Of a stretch of DNA of 64,000 nucleotides, positions 1 through 11,922 are shown piece by piece. Source of the DNA: Deltaproteobacteria bacterium. Lineage in GTDB: Bacteria > Desulfobacterota > Binatia > Bin18. The notes under the pieces are model-generated. The model ran no database searches and was not told where the DNA came from. It was given only the letters and a program-made list of their open reading frames with translations. The stretch covers positions 80,389-144,388 of the forward strand of contig JACPWD010000032.1 in assembly GCA_016197285.1 (NCBI GenBank). The letters run 5' to 3'. Position numbers and translations under genes: made by a program. The stretch's first letter is position 1; every line of letters starts with the position of its first letter.

Positions 1-1171
1 CAGCTTCATCGGCGTTGCGCTCATCGTACATCAAGATCGGATGGATGTTGCCGTCACCGGCGTGGAAGACGTTGGCGATGCGCAGTTGATACTTCTCCGC
101 CACGCCGGTGATGACGCGCAGAATGTCCGGCACCTTGGTGCGCGGTACCACGCCGTCCTGGGTGCAGTAATTCGGTGCCAGCCGACCGACGGCACCAAAC
201 GCGCGCTTGCGGCTTTTCCACAACGCCAGTCGTTCGGCATCGTCTTTGGCTAAGCGCACTTCGCGGGCCTGGTTCTGCTGGCAGATCGCCATGATCTTCG
301 CGGTTTGCGGATCGAGTCCGGCTTCAAGTCCGTCCAGCTCGATGATGAGCACCGCGCCGGCATCGGTGGGAAAGCCAAAATGGAACGCGGCTTCCACCGC
401 TTGAATGATGAGCGTGTCCATCATCTCCAAAGCGGCCGGCACCATGCCGGCGGCGATGATGTCGGACACCGTCTGCGTGGCCGCGTGCACCGACTCGTAC
501 ACTGCCAGGAACGTGCGGTAGGCCTGCGGTTGGCGCGTGAGACGCAACGTCGCTTTGGTCACAATGCCAAACGTCCCTTCCGCGCCGATGGTAATGCCGC
601 GCAGATCATAACCTGGCACGTCTTCGACGGCACCGCCAAGTGTTACGACTTCGCCATCGGGAAGTACGATCTCCATCCCCAGAACGTGGTTCGTGGTCAC
701 GCCGTATTTGAGGGTATGCGGGCCGCCGGAATTTTCCGCCACGTTGCCGCCGATCGTGCAGGCCTGCTGACTGGACGGGTCCGGCGCATACTGAAAGCCG
801 TGATTCTTGACTGCATTGCTCACCCACAGATTGACGACTCCGGCTTCCGCCACGACATACCGGTTCAGCAAATCGATGTGAACAATCTTGTTCATGCGGC
901 TGGTGCCGATCATGATTGGCGCTTCCACCGGCAGGCAGCCACCACTGAGACCCGTGCCCGCACCACGAGGCACAAAGGCGATCTTTTCTTTATGGAGCAA
1001 CCGCACGACGGCGGCGACTTCCTCGGTCGAACGCGGCAGCACGACCACCTCGGGCACCGACTTTTCCAGGGTGTAGCCGTCGCAGTCATACACAGACAAG
1101 GAGGTGGATTTCTCGACCATGCCGCTGGGGCCGACGATGTCACGGAGGTGGGAAAGAAGAGCTGTATTCAT
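1..1171 (-). CDS. glcD: FAD-linked oxidase, glycolate oxidase GlcD-like subunit (3' end runs off window)
   Basis: Manual minus-strand translation from ATG at 1171: MNTALLSHLRDIVGPSGMVEK...VYDCDGYTLEKSVPEVVVLPRSTEEV; downstream RGAGTGLSGG, DPSSQ..CTIGGNVAENSGGPHTLKYGVT and FHAGDGNIHP motifs. Confidence 0.85.
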   Translation of the reverse strand, partial: MNTALLSHLRDIVGPSGMVEKSTSLSVYDCDGYTLEKSVPEVVVLPRSTEEVAAVVRLLHKEKIAFVPRGAGTGLSGGCLPVEAPIMIGTSRMNKIVHIDLLNRYVVAEAGVVNLWVSNAVKNHGFQYAPDPSSQQACTIGGNVAENSGGPHTLKYGVTTNHVLGMEIVLPDGEVVTLGGAVEDVPGYDLRGITIGAEGTFGIVTKATLRLTRQPQAYRTFLAVYESVHAATQTVSDIIAAGMVPAALEMMDTLIIQAVEAAFHFGFPTDAGAVLIIELDGLEAGLDPQTAKIMAICQQNQAREVRLAKDDAERLALWKSRKRAFGAVGRLAPNYCTQDGVVPRTKVPDILRVITGVAEKYQLRIANVFHAGDGNIHPILMYDERNADEA

Positions 1172-1194
1172 AAAAATCCCAAACGTTATGGCTT

Positions 1195-1262
1195 TGTCAC
1201 CCTGAGCGAAGCGAAGGGTCTCGTCTCGTGGGGCAAGATTCCTCGCTGCGCTCGGAATGACA
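1195..1262. repeat. TGTCA...TGACA palindromic REP/REPIN-like element
   Basis: TGTCACCCTGAGCGAAGCGAAGGGTCT...AGATTCCTCGCTGCGCTCGGAATGACA imperfect hairpin; related copies at 23574, 23733, 40183, 57371. Confidence 0.85.
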
Positions 1263-1285
1263 ACCCTATGCGAGTCGTGGTTCTC

Positions 1286-1738
1286 CTACGCCATCGGTTT
1301 GCGCCGGATCATGCGGTTCACCGTGTACTCCAGCAAGACTTCATCCTTCTGATTAAGCACCTGTTGCTCGGATGTAACGATGCCACGATCCGGCTTCGAG
1401 GTCTCGCGCTTGGCCAGCACTTTGACCTTCACGTGCACGGTGTCGCCGCAACGCAACGGTGCGGGAATCTTCATTTCTTGTACGCCCAGTAGCGCCATCT
1501 CGCCCTTCACCAGCCCAGATTGAATCGCCATGCCCTCGGACAACGCAAAAGTGAATGACCCTGGCGCGATGCGGCTACCGAACAGGCTTTTGTTCTTGAC
1601 AAACTCCATGTCGATGAACAAGGGTTCGTTGAAGCCAAAAAGGTTCACGAAGGTCACGATATCGGTCTCGGTAATGGTGCGGGCGTGAGTGATGTACTCC
1701 GCGCCGATTTGAAATTCTTCAAAGTATTCGACTGCCAT
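1286..1738 (-). CDS. MaoC/PaaZ-like hotdog-fold dehydratase
   Basis: YFEEFQIG...RTITETDIVTF...NEPLFID...RIAPG motif; GAGGAG SD upstream of ATG 1738. Confidence 0.85.
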   Translation of the reverse strand: MAVEYFEEFQIGAEYITHARTITETDIVTFVNLFGFNEPLFIDMEFVKNKSLFGSRIAPGSFTFALSEGMAIQSGLVKGEMALLGVQEMKIPAPLRCGDTVHVKVKVLAKRETSKPDRGIVTSEQQVLNQKDEVLLEYTVNRMIRRKPMA

Positions 1739-1816
1739 GCACAACTCCTCCGTGCACAGAGTCTTAGATGGGATTAGACGAGGAAGTCAACTGGTGGAAA
1801 ATCTCGGCTCAGGATG

Positions 1817-1845
1817 TTGACAAACCTCTGCACCTCACGTTCATT
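1817..1845 (+). promoter_or_regulatory. Putative sigma70 promoter for asd
   Basis: TTGACA (1817-1822), 17-bp spacer, TTCATT (1840-1845); 8 bp separate the -10 from the ATG and there is no SD. Confidence 0.45.
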
Positions 1846-1853
1846 ACAGCATT

Positions 1854-2933
1854 ATGAAAAAACGAGTCGCTGTTGTTGGGGCGACCGGTATTGCCGGACA
1901 GCAATTCTTGGTCGCGTTGCGGAACCATCCCTGGTTCGAGGTCAGTCTTCTTGCTGCATCCGAGCGCTCAGCCGGTAAGCGCTATGCCGAGGCCATTCGC
2001 GACCCGAAGACGGGCGCGCGCCGGTGGTGGTGCCAAGAAGAGCCGCCACAGGAAGTCCTTGCTCTGCCCGTGCAGGAAGCGTCGTCGATTAACTTGAGCG
2101 GGATCGATCTGGTATTCTCTGCCGTCGAGTCGGGTCCGGCACGAGAACTCGAACCCCTCTACGCCAAAACCACACCCGTGGTCAGTACGGCGTCGGCCTT
2201 CCGCTACGAGCCGGATGTGCCGATCTTCATCCCTGGCGTGAACCTCGATCACGTGCGGCTGATCGACGCCCAGAAGAAAAACCGTGGCTGGCAAGGGTTT
2301 ATCGCCACCCAGCCGAATTGCACGACAATCGGCCTCGCCATTACTCTGAAGCCGCTCTTCGACAATTTCGGACTGAAGCACGTGTTCATGACGTCGATGC
2401 AGGGCGTCTCCGGTGCCGGGCGGTCTCCCGGCGTGATGGCGCTTGATATCATCGACAACATCATCCCTTTCATTTCTGGAGAAGAGGAGAAAGTCGAGAA
2501 AGAATCGCGCAAGATTCTCGGGGCTTTAGGAGAAGGCGGGATTACTCCAGCCAATTTCGTCGTCAGCGCCACCTGCACCCGCGCCGCCGTGATCGAGGGT
2601 CACACGGAAGCCGTTCTCGCCGCCATGGAGAAACCCTGCTCGGTGGATGACGCACGCGCGGCGATGATCGAGTTCGGCCAAACGTTCGTCAAGTCGGGGC
2701 TGCCGTCGGCTCCGCAGCATATGATTATCGTCCACGACGACCCGTTCCGTCCGCAGCCACGTTTGGACCGAGATGCCGAAGACGGCATGGCGACTTCCGT
2801 GGGAAGGTTACGGGCGGATAACGCGCTCGCCAATGCGGTCAAATACATGTTGGTCAGCCACAACACCAAGATGGGCGCGGCGAAGGGCGCGGTGCTAATG
2901 GCCGAATATCTGCACCAGCAGAACTACATCTAA
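1854..2933 (+). CDS. asd: Aspartate-semialdehyde dehydrogenase (archaeal/eukaryote-like subtype)
   Basis: GATGIAGQ Rossmann motif, HPWFE..LAASERSAGK, catalytic PNCTT, QGVSGAG, EGH, HNTKMGAA. Confidence 0.9.
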   Translation: MKKRVAVVGATGIAGQQFLVALRNHPWFEVSLLAASERSAGKRYAEAIRDPKTGARRWWCQEEPPQEVLALPVQEASSINLSGIDLVFSAVESGPARELEPLYAKTTPVVSTASAFRYEPDVPIFIPGVNLDHVRLIDAQKKNRGWQGFIATQPNCTTIGLAITLKPLFDNFGLKHVFMTSMQGVSGAGRSPGVMALDIIDNIIPFISGEEEKVEKESRKILGALGEGGITPANFVVSATCTRAAVIEGHTEAVLAAMEKPCSVDDARAAMIEFGQTFVKSGLPSAPQHMIIVHDDPFRPQPRLDRDAEDGMATSVGRLRADNALANAVKYMLVSHNTKMGAAKGAVLMAEYLHQQNYI

Positions 2934-2950
2934 CCCCACGCCGAACCAAG

Positions 2951-2991
2951 AAAAAGAAGAGGGGAACAGGTGCTGCCTGTTCCCCTCTTTT
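2951..2991. terminator. Bidirectional intrinsic terminator between asd and atpE
   Basis: AAGAGGGGAACAGG-TGCTG-CCTGTTCCCCTCTT stem with A-tract on the left and T-tract on the right, between convergent genes. Confidence 0.8.
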
Positions 2992-3040
2992 CATGTGTGA
3001 AGCACCGCTGCCGATGCTCTTGCCGACACGTGAGAACTTG

Positions 3041-3355
3041 TTAGAACTTGCCAGACAGTATGAATGCGATCACCAGCGCATAAATCACCAACGACTCGAT
3101 GAACGCCAGACCGATGATCATCTGGGGCTGAATCCGAGTGACGGCATTAGGATTCCGTCCGATCGATTCCAGCGCCGACGCCACGGCAAGACCCTGACCA
3201 ATCCCGCCGCCAGCGGCAGCGAGGCCAAGCCCCAAACCGGCACCGAGGGCGATAAGACCGCCCCCCCCCTGCGCGCCATCTGCGGCGAGAGCACTGACGA
3301 CAGTCGCCATCAGCATCAGCACGGTCAGCAGACCAGTTGTACCGAACTTCTTCAT
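3041..3355 (-). CDS. atpE: F0F1 ATP synthase subunit c
   Basis: [15 protein letters not shown] loop, [19 protein letters not shown] before ATG 3355. Confidence 0.95.
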   Translation of the reverse strand: MKKFGTTGLLTVLMLMATVVSALAADGAQGGGGLIALGAGLGLGLAAAGGGIGQGLAVASALESIGRNPNAVTRIQPQMIIGLAFIESLVIYALVIAFILSGKF

Positions 3356-3467
3356 ACCAGCTCCTTTCTTGCTTTCCTCCATGGCAGAGTTTTTGGGAAC
3401 TCCTCTTATCCTCTCCACGTTCCACCCCTCGCCCTTCTACCAACGGGAAAGCTGTTATTTGGCGTGT

Positions 3468-4169
3468 TTAGTGATCGCCTTGGTGCGCCATCGCCAGAGA
3501 GACGTACACCATGCTCAAGAGCGTGAACACGAACGCTTGCACGAACGAGACGAAGGTCCCGAGCCCGTAGAAGATCACCGGGATGACGACCTTCGTCATA
3601 CTCGTGAAAATCTCCAATACCGTATGGTCGCCAGTGATATTTCCGAACAGACGCATGCCCAGGGAAAACGGACGGACGAGGTTACTAATCACCTCAAGGG
3701 GAATCATCAAGGGTGCCAGCCATAACATGGGTCCGACAAAATGCTTGAGATACCCAACCCCCTGTTCTTTGAACCCGTAGAAGTTGTAGGCCAGGAAAGA
3801 AATGACGCCCAGGGCGAAGGTGATGTTGAAGTTGCCGGTCGGAGGAAGGAACCCTGGGACGAGTGCAATAAGGTTACATGCGAGGATGAAGATAAAAAAC
3901 GACCCGTACAGAGGAACATATTTGCCCGCCCCATGCCCAAGGATTCCCTCCGCCATCCCGTGAATTCCCTCGACAAGCAGCTCGGCGATGTTGCGGAACG
4001 TCAGCGAATCGTCCGGCACGGCAACATCATTTACGGCTTTCCGTTGGCTCTGCGCCCGGAGGACGAAGAGGATAATCAAGGCAGCGACAAAAAGAGAAGT
4101 CGCGGTATGCAGAGGCAAGGCGTTCAGGCCCGGCACAAAAGAAATCCAGGTAAAAGCTCGATGCTCCAT
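3468..4169 (-). CDS. atpB: F0F1 ATP synthase subunit a
   Basis: EVISNLVRPFSLGMRLFGNI and VQAFVFTLLSMVY motifs; AGGAG SD before ATG 4169. Confidence 0.95.
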   Translation of the reverse strand: MEHRAFTWISFVPGLNALPLHTATSLFVAALIILFVLRAQSQRKAVNDVAVPDDSLTFRNIAELLVEGIHGMAEGILGHGAGKYVPLYGSFFIFILACNLIALVPGFLPPTGNFNITFALGVISFLAYNFYGFKEQGVGYLKHFVGPMLWLAPLMIPLEVISNLVRPFSLGMRLFGNITGDHTVLEIFTSMTKVVIPVIFYGLGTFVSFVQAFVFTLLSMVYVSLAMAHQGDH

Positions 4170-4233
4170 GCGTCTCCTGTCTGTAGCCAAGAGGTGCGAA
4201 CCGGCGGAAAAACAGCACGAAGGCCAGCAGGAA

Positions 4234-4629
4234 CTATGGATTTTCGTCCTGCGCCTGGGCACCGGTCAGCAAGCCAGACAGCGTGACTATCATGCAGGTC
4301 AGCAGCAGTAAAGAGACCCCGCAGAGAAAACTCAGCGGCTGGATAGGATACCGGAAGAAGAGCCCACTCAAGAGGAGGAGGAAGAGCAGTCCTTTCCCGA
4401 GAAACAACACCATCGTCCCGGTTTTCCCTTTGCTTGGCTGTGGTGAAGAGAGAGGAACGAGAAGCGCGCGCACGATTCTCTTGAGCAACCAGAAATTCAG
4501 ATGCATGACTCCTGCCGCCAAGAGGAAACTCGGCAGGTGTAACCACCCCGTGCCGGCGATGACGAGCGTACTGGTTCCAAGGAAGACGAGATTGAGCCGC
4601 TCAATCTTCTCGATCATTGTCGTATGCAT
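4234..4629 (-). CDS. atpI: ATP synthase subunit I-like membrane protein
   Basis: Four hydrophobic helices, directly upstream of atpB. Confidence 0.7.
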   Translation of the reverse strand: MHTTMIEKIERLNLVFLGTSTLVIAGTGWLHLPSFLLAAGVMHLNFWLLKRIVRALLVPLSSPQPSKGKTGTMVLFLGKGLLFLLLLSGLFFRYPIQPLSFLCGVSLLLLTCMIVTLSGLLTGAQAQDENP

Positions 4630-4837
4630 CGTGAGACATCCGTTGGAGTGTATTGACGAGGATCAGGATGGCTCCGGCGATGCCTCCCATAGCCCCAACC
4701 ACCAGCAGCCAGGGAGCGGTTCCGAAAAGACCATCGAGATACCTGCCGACAAGGATGCCGGCAACCGTGGAGAAGGCAAACTCGAACCCGAGGGCAGCGA
4801 AACGGCCATAGATAACGAAGGGATTCTCTTTCGCCAT
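4601..4837 (-). CDS. atpZ: AtpZ/AtpI-family small membrane protein
   Basis: LGFEFA...GRYLDGLFGTAPWLLVVG motif; position at head of the F0 cluster. Confidence 0.8.
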   Translation of the reverse strand: MAKENPFVIYGRFAALGFEFAFSTVAGILVGRYLDGLFGTAPWLLVVGAMGGIAGAILILVNTLQRMSHDAYDNDRED

Positions 4838-4843
4838 AGGGCC

Positions 4844-6127
4844 TCAGGAACGGAGGTTCTTGAACACCGCTCTCGCTGCGTCAATGGTTTCTTGAATCTC
4901 AGCCTCGCCATGAGCAAGAGAGAGGAACATGGCCTCGAACTGAGAAGGCGGCAAGTAGATGCCGCGCTCGATCATGCCCTGAAAATAGCGGGCGAACATC
5001 GCGGTGTCGCTGCGCGTCGCGGTAGCATAGTCGCGCACCTGATCGACGCCGAAGAACACCGTGAGTAAAGACCCAGCCTGGTTCACACACGCGAGAATGC
5101 CGGCGTCCGTGATGGCTTGCCGAAATCCATCGGCGAGGAGTGCGCCAAGGTCATTGAGCCTGTGGTACGCACCGGGAGCGGCAAGGATTTTCAAGGTTTC
5201 GAGGCCAGCCGTCACTGCCACCGGATTTCCTGAAAGGGTCCCGGCTTGATAAACCGGCCCCAGAGGAGCAAGCAGCTCCATAATCTCTCGTTTCCCTCCA
5301 ACGGCGGCCAGTGGCATACCACCACCGATGACTTTGCCTAAACAGGTAAGGTCGGGAGTGATGCCATACACTTCCTGGGCACCGCCGCGCGCCATGCGGA
5401 AGCCGCTGATGACCTCATCGAAAATCAACACCACGCCGTGGTCTTGAGTAAGCGTGCGCAAACCGTTCAGGAATCCCGCTTCAGGCAGCACGACCCCCAT
5501 GTTCCCCGGCACTGGCTCGACAATCACCGCAGCAACCGTATCCGGATTGGCGTCGAGGTACGCTGCCACGCTGCCCAGATCGTTGTACTCGGCCACTAAG
5601 GTTTGGCTCGCGAAGGCCTCGGGCACGCCCTGGCTGTCCGGGTTGCTGAAAGTCAGCGCTCCCGAGCCGGCGCGCACGAGCAGCGCGTCGGAGTGCCCGT
5701 GATAGCACCCGGCGAACTTGACGATCTTCGGCTTGCCGGTATAGCCACGCGCGAGACGGATCGCGGTCATGGCGGCTTCGGTGCCGGAAGACGTCAGACG
5801 CACCCGTTCTATCGAAGGCACGGCCTCGACGATCCGCCTAGCCAGTTCGATCTCGCGCGGAGTCGGCGCACCGAAGCTCGTCCCGCGTTTGATGACTTCT
5901 TCCAGCGCCTTCACCACGTGTGGATGCGCATGGCCGGCGATCAGCGGTCCCCAGGAACCGACATAGTCGAGATACTCCTTCCCATCGGCGTCGACGACTC
6001 GACAGCCGCGCCCGCGTTGAATGAACAGCGGATGCCCTCCCACTGCGCGCCACGCGCGCACCGGACTGTTGACTCCACCAGGAATATATTCCTGCGCTTC
6101 GAGAAAAAGCTTCTGTGACGTGGACAT
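4844..6127 (-). CDS. hemL: Glutamate-1-semialdehyde 2,1-aminomutase
   Basis: IPGGVNSPVRA, SGTEA, FDEVISGFR, LGKVIGGGMP, YQAGTLSGNP. Confidence 0.97.
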   Translation of the reverse strand: MSTSQKLFLEAQEYIPGGVNSPVRAWRAVGGHPLFIQRGRGCRVVDADGKEYLDYVGSWGPLIAGHAHPHVVKALEEVIKRGTSFGAPTPREIELARRIVEAVPSIERVRLTSSGTEAAMTAIRLARGYTGKPKIVKFAGCYHGHSDALLVRAGSGALTFSNPDSQGVPEAFASQTLVAEYNDLGSVAAYLDANPDTVAAVIVEPVPGNMGVVLPEAGFLNGLRTLTQDHGVVLIFDEVISGFRMARGGAQEVYGITPDLTCLGKVIGGGMPLAAVGGKREIMELLAPLGPVYQAGTLSGNPVAVTAGLETLKILAAPGAYHRLNDLGALLADGFRQAITDAGILACVNQAGSLLTVFFGVDQVRDYATATRSDTAMFARYFQGMIERGIYLPPSQFEAMFLSLAHGEAEIQETIDAARAVFKNLRS

Positions 6128-6419
6128 AGATCGTTCTTATAAGAGGTGAAATTCTCCACCCTGCTAGCACTCTCGCTAGGGGGGCGTCAAGACGAAAAGA
6201 TTGTATAGCAATCTCAGCTATTTCCAGACCCCGCCGTTTTTCGCTTGCAAAGCGAAACGAAAAGGTCTAAGACCCTACCCACTGTCGGTTCACAATCCCG
6301 TTTCTTCTGACAAAGCGAGCCATCGAGGAAAAGTGTGAGTACTCTCCCTTTCTCCCTCAGAAACGAACCCACTATTCGGGAGTTTCCTAGAGCGGAGGAG
6401 AAGATGAAGGGGAGAGGCT

Positions 6420-6497
6420 TGTGGATAATCCTGTGGAGGAAAGTCAAAAACCGCTTATAGAGAAAGAACTTACAAAGTTATTCACAGGTGTGAATAA
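6420..6497. promoter_or_regulatory. DnaA boxes upstream of dnaA
   Basis: TGTGGATAA (6420-6428, perfect box on minus strand), TTATTCACA (6478-6486), TGTGAATAA (6489-6497). Confidence 0.75.
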
Positions 6498-6528
6498 CTT
6501 CGCAATCGACACGACGTGGGAGTGGGGT

Positions 6529-7857
6529 ATGGAGCAGGTGTGGGAACAGGTGTTGGCGGCCTTAGAGGAAAAAATTGGAAAGACAACAATAGAAACATGG
6601 CTGAAACCGATCCGGCCAATCGCGTTGCGAAACGACACACTACACTTGGAGGTCCCAAGTTCCCTCTTTCGCGACTGGCTCCTGGGAAATCTGATCGAAC
6701 CGCTGAGAGAAACGCTTGCGAGGATTGTTGGCTACCCAGCGCACATCATCCTGCACCTCGCGAACAAACCGCAGGGAGAACTCTTCGCCCCAAGCGTGCC
6801 GGAGCCGGAAACAGCAGAACCTGCACGCCCCCCGAAAAAGAACGGGCTGGTTTCGAATTACACCTTCTCGACTTTCGTCGTCGGAGCCGCCAATCAATTC
6901 GCCCATGCTGCGGCACGCGCCGTCGCCGATCATCCCGGCAAGCACTACAACCCGCTGTTCATCTACGGTGGCGTGGGTTTAGGCAAAACCCACCTCATCA
7001 ACGCAATCGGCCATGAAACGATGGTCAAGCAAGGACGCAGCAGCGTCTTTTACCTCTCGTCCGAATCCTTCACCAACGAACTCATCGCGCACCTGCGACG
7101 CGACCGCATGGATGACTTCAAGAACAAATTCCGCCAAGCCGATCTATTGATCGTGGACGATGTCCAGTTCCTCTCGGGAAGAGAGCGCACGCAGGAAGAA
7201 TTTTTTCATACCTTCAATACCCTGTACGAGTCGCACAAGCAGATCGTGCTCACGTCGGACAAGTTTCCCAACGAAATCGGCGGTCTCGAAGAACGCTTGC
7301 GGAACCGGTTCGAGTGGGGACTGATTGCCGACATTCAGCCGCCAGATTTAGAAACCCGCGTCGCCATCCTCCAACGAAAGGCCCACCTCAAAAGAATCAA
7401 TCTGCCGTCGGAGGTCGCCTTGTACATCGCTTCCCATGTCACCGCGAACGTGCGTGAATTGGAAGGCAGCTTAACGCGGCTGGCCGCGCTTTCCACCTTG
7501 ACTAATAGTCAGGTCACGACCGACTTCGCCAAACAAGTATTGCAGAATCTTGTCAAGGGCAAAGAAAAAGAGGTCTCCATCGAGTCCGTGCAGAAGGCGG
7601 TCTGTAAATACTTCAATGTCCGCGTGGCCGACCTCGCCTCGAATCGCCGCACCCAACTCGTCTCGTTCCCGCGCCAGATCGCCATGTTTCTCTGTCGCAA
7701 ACTCGCGGGCGCCTCGTATCCCATGATCGGCATGCGCTTCGGCGGCAAGGACCACACCACGGCTCTCTATGCTTGCAGCTCAATGGAGAAACGATTAAAA
7801 AAAGATGAAGAATTACGCGCCGTGCTGGAACGGATCGAGCACATTATTTATGGGTAG
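6529..7857 (+). CDS. dnaA: Chromosomal replication initiator DnaA
   Basis: YNPLFIYGGVGLGKTHL Walker A, LLIVDDVQFL, QEEFFHTFN, GGKDHTT; ATG 6529 preferred over GTG 6421, which overlaps a DnaA box. Confidence 0.98.
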   Translation: MEQVWEQVLAALEEKIGKTTIETWLKPIRPIALRNDTLHLEVPSSLFRDWLLGNLIEPLRETLARIVGYPAHIILHLANKPQGELFAPSVPEPETAEPARPPKKNGLVSNYTFSTFVVGAANQFAHAAARAVADHPGKHYNPLFIYGGVGLGKTHLINAIGHETMVKQGRSSVFYLSSESFTNELIAHLRRDRMDDFKNKFRQADLLIVDDVQFLSGRERTQEEFFHTFNTLYESHKQIVLTSDKFPNEIGGLEERLRNRFEWGLIADIQPPDLETRVAILQRKAHLKRINLPSEVALYIASHVTANVRELEGSLTRLAALSTLTNSQVTTDFAKQVLQNLVKGKEKEVSIESVQKAVCKYFNVRVADLASNRRTQLVSFPRQIAMFLCRKLAGASYPMIGMRFGGKDHTTALYACSSMEKRLKKDEELRAVLERIEHIIYG

Positions 7858-8162
7858 AATTGCGGCGCGAAAGGCTGTGGAAAACCCTGTGGAAAACCCT
7901 GTGGAAAACCTGTGGAAAACCTGTGGAAAACTTTTGGGGGTGAAAAGTTATGCACAGCTTATTCACAGGGTTTTCCACAGGGGCTGTGGAAAACTTCGGC
8001 CTATGTTTTCAATGACTTAGACCACTTTTCCACAGTTTTCACACCCCCTACTACTACTACTGTAAGAATATATAAGAAGTAGGAGGGGAAGAGGGTGGGG
8101 AGAGAAAAGCTTGGACAATGTGGTAAGAAAAAGGAATTTCGGAAGCAGAAAGAGTAGAACAT
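7858..8162. promoter_or_regulatory. oriC: Replication origin oriC (DnaA-box cluster, DnaA-trios, AT-rich unwinding element)
   Basis: About 10 TTWTNCACA boxes (7876-8034), then CCCCC, TACTACTACTACT (8049-8061) and AT-rich GTAAGAATATATAAG; lies between dnaA and dnaN. Confidence 0.9.
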
Positions 8163-8180
8163 ATGGCAAAGGAAAAAGAC

Positions 8181-9314
8181 ATGGAATACGCAGTCGAGAA
8201 AGAAGAGTTGCTTCGCTGTTTGTATCTCGTCCAAGGAGTCGTGGAGAAGCGTTCGTCGCTTCCCATTCTGTCGCATGTCTTGATCGAAGGGGCCGATGAA
8301 ACGGTTTCGCTTGGCGCGACCGACCTGGAGATCGGCATCCGGCAGCAATGCAAAGCCGTGGTCAAGAAAAGCGGTGCGGTGACCACCGACGCGCGCAAGC
8401 TCTACGAGATCGTTCGAGAGCTCCCACCGGAACGTCTCGTCCTGCGCTCTTCTGGAGACGGATGGGTAGAAGTCAGCAGCGGACGCTCCCGGTTCCGCAT
8501 GGCAAGTTTCGATCCCAAAGAATTTCCAGCCATCACCCCATCGCCAGGGGCAGACGAGAAAAAAGTGGCCGTCTCGGTGGCGCTGCCGGGGAAGATCCTG
8601 GGAGAAATGATCGAGAAAACCCTCTTTGCCAGCTCGCCAGACGAGTCGCGCCAAAATCTCAGCGGCGTCTACCTGGAAGCGCAGCCAACAGGCAAGCTGC
8701 GCATGGTTTCTAGCGATGGGCATCGCCTCGCCATTATCGAGCGAGAAGTCGGAATTACCGAGGCCGATTCGTGGCCGCATGCCATCCTCCCACGGAAAGG
8801 GCTCATAGAAGCCCGTAAACTCCTGGAGAAGGACGATGACAGCGAAGCCGACCTTACCCTCCATGGTGCCACTGCCGTGCTGAAAAAGGGCACTACAGAG
8901 CTTTCTATGCGCCTCGTGGAAGGAGACTTCCCGGACTATCACCAAGTCATTCCCAAAGAGAAGAAAAATTTCGTCTCTTTTCCACGGGAAGAGTTCCTCA
9001 GCGCCGTCCGCCGCCTCCTCGTCCTGACCACGGAACGCGCGCGCGGCGTCAAGCTGCAAATCGAGAAACAAAAGATGACGGTTTCCGTCAATACCCCAGA
9101 CCTGGGAGAGGGCGTCGAAGAGATCGAAGTCGAAAACAGCGGAGGGGATCTGACCATTGGGTTCAATGGCCGCTACCTCACCGAGGTACTCAACGTCCTG
9201 GACGAAGGACTCAAGGTTAAGCTGTTCCTGAAAGACGAAGTCAGCCCAGGACTCCTCCAAGCGGAAGACGATCTAGACTTCTCGTACATCATCATGCCGA
9301 TGCGCATCTTCTAA
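8181..9314 (+). CDS. dnaN: DNA polymerase III beta sliding clamp
   Basis: LPILSHVLI, ATDLEI, SDGHRLA, GDFPDY, GFNGRYL, YIIMPMR; alternative start 8163. Confidence 0.97.
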   Translation: MEYAVEKEELLRCLYLVQGVVEKRSSLPILSHVLIEGADETVSLGATDLEIGIRQQCKAVVKKSGAVTTDARKLYEIVRELPPERLVLRSSGDGWVEVSSGRSRFRMASFDPKEFPAITPSPGADEKKVAVSVALPGKILGEMIEKTLFASSPDESRQNLSGVYLEAQPTGKLRMVSSDGHRLAIIEREVGITEADSWPHAILPRKGLIEARKLLEKDDDSEADLTLHGATAVLKKGTTELSMRLVEGDFPDYHQVIPKEKKNFVSFPREEFLSAVRRLLVLTTERARGVKLQIEKQKMTVSVNTPDLGEGVEEIEVENSGGDLTIGFNGRYLTEVLNVLDEGLKVKLFLKDEVSPGLLQAEDDLDFSYIIMPMRIF

Positions 9315-9416
9315 ATTCGAGAATGTCGTTCTATCCGTAGCTTCCTAGGAAAAATCCGATTTACTCGGAGGCAAAATGATGGTAAGTTCTCCGCCTGGAA
9401 AGATACCGAAAAATAA

Positions 9417-11852
<2,436 letters not shown>

Positions 11853-11922
11853 AGGCAATCGTCTTTCGTTGCCAAATCCGTAAGATCGCGAAAGCAGAAC
11901 ACTTTCCTGGGACATTCATGTG

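Noticed and set aside
305..1492. 395-aa plus-strand ORF
   Set aside because: Antisense shadow of the glcD-like and MaoC genes; no motifs of its own
6164..6172. CTAGCACTC as a CIRCE operator
   Set aside because: Only one half-site; the GAGTGCTAA partner is absent
6128..6420. rpmH or another small gene or ncRNA upstream of dnaA
   Set aside because: No L34-like peptide or recognisable RNA motif found by eye
7876..7930. Tandem repeats as a CRISPR array or simple VNTR
   Set aside because: Units are 11-12 bp with no spacers and no cas genes; each unit is a DnaA box inside the dnaA-dnaN gap
8001..9260. 419-aa minus-strand ORF and similar long antisense ORFs (e.g. 16600-17772, 21962-23092, 36318-37802, 58565-59641)
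   Set aside because: Shadows of well-supported genes on the opposite strand, expected in GC-rich DNA
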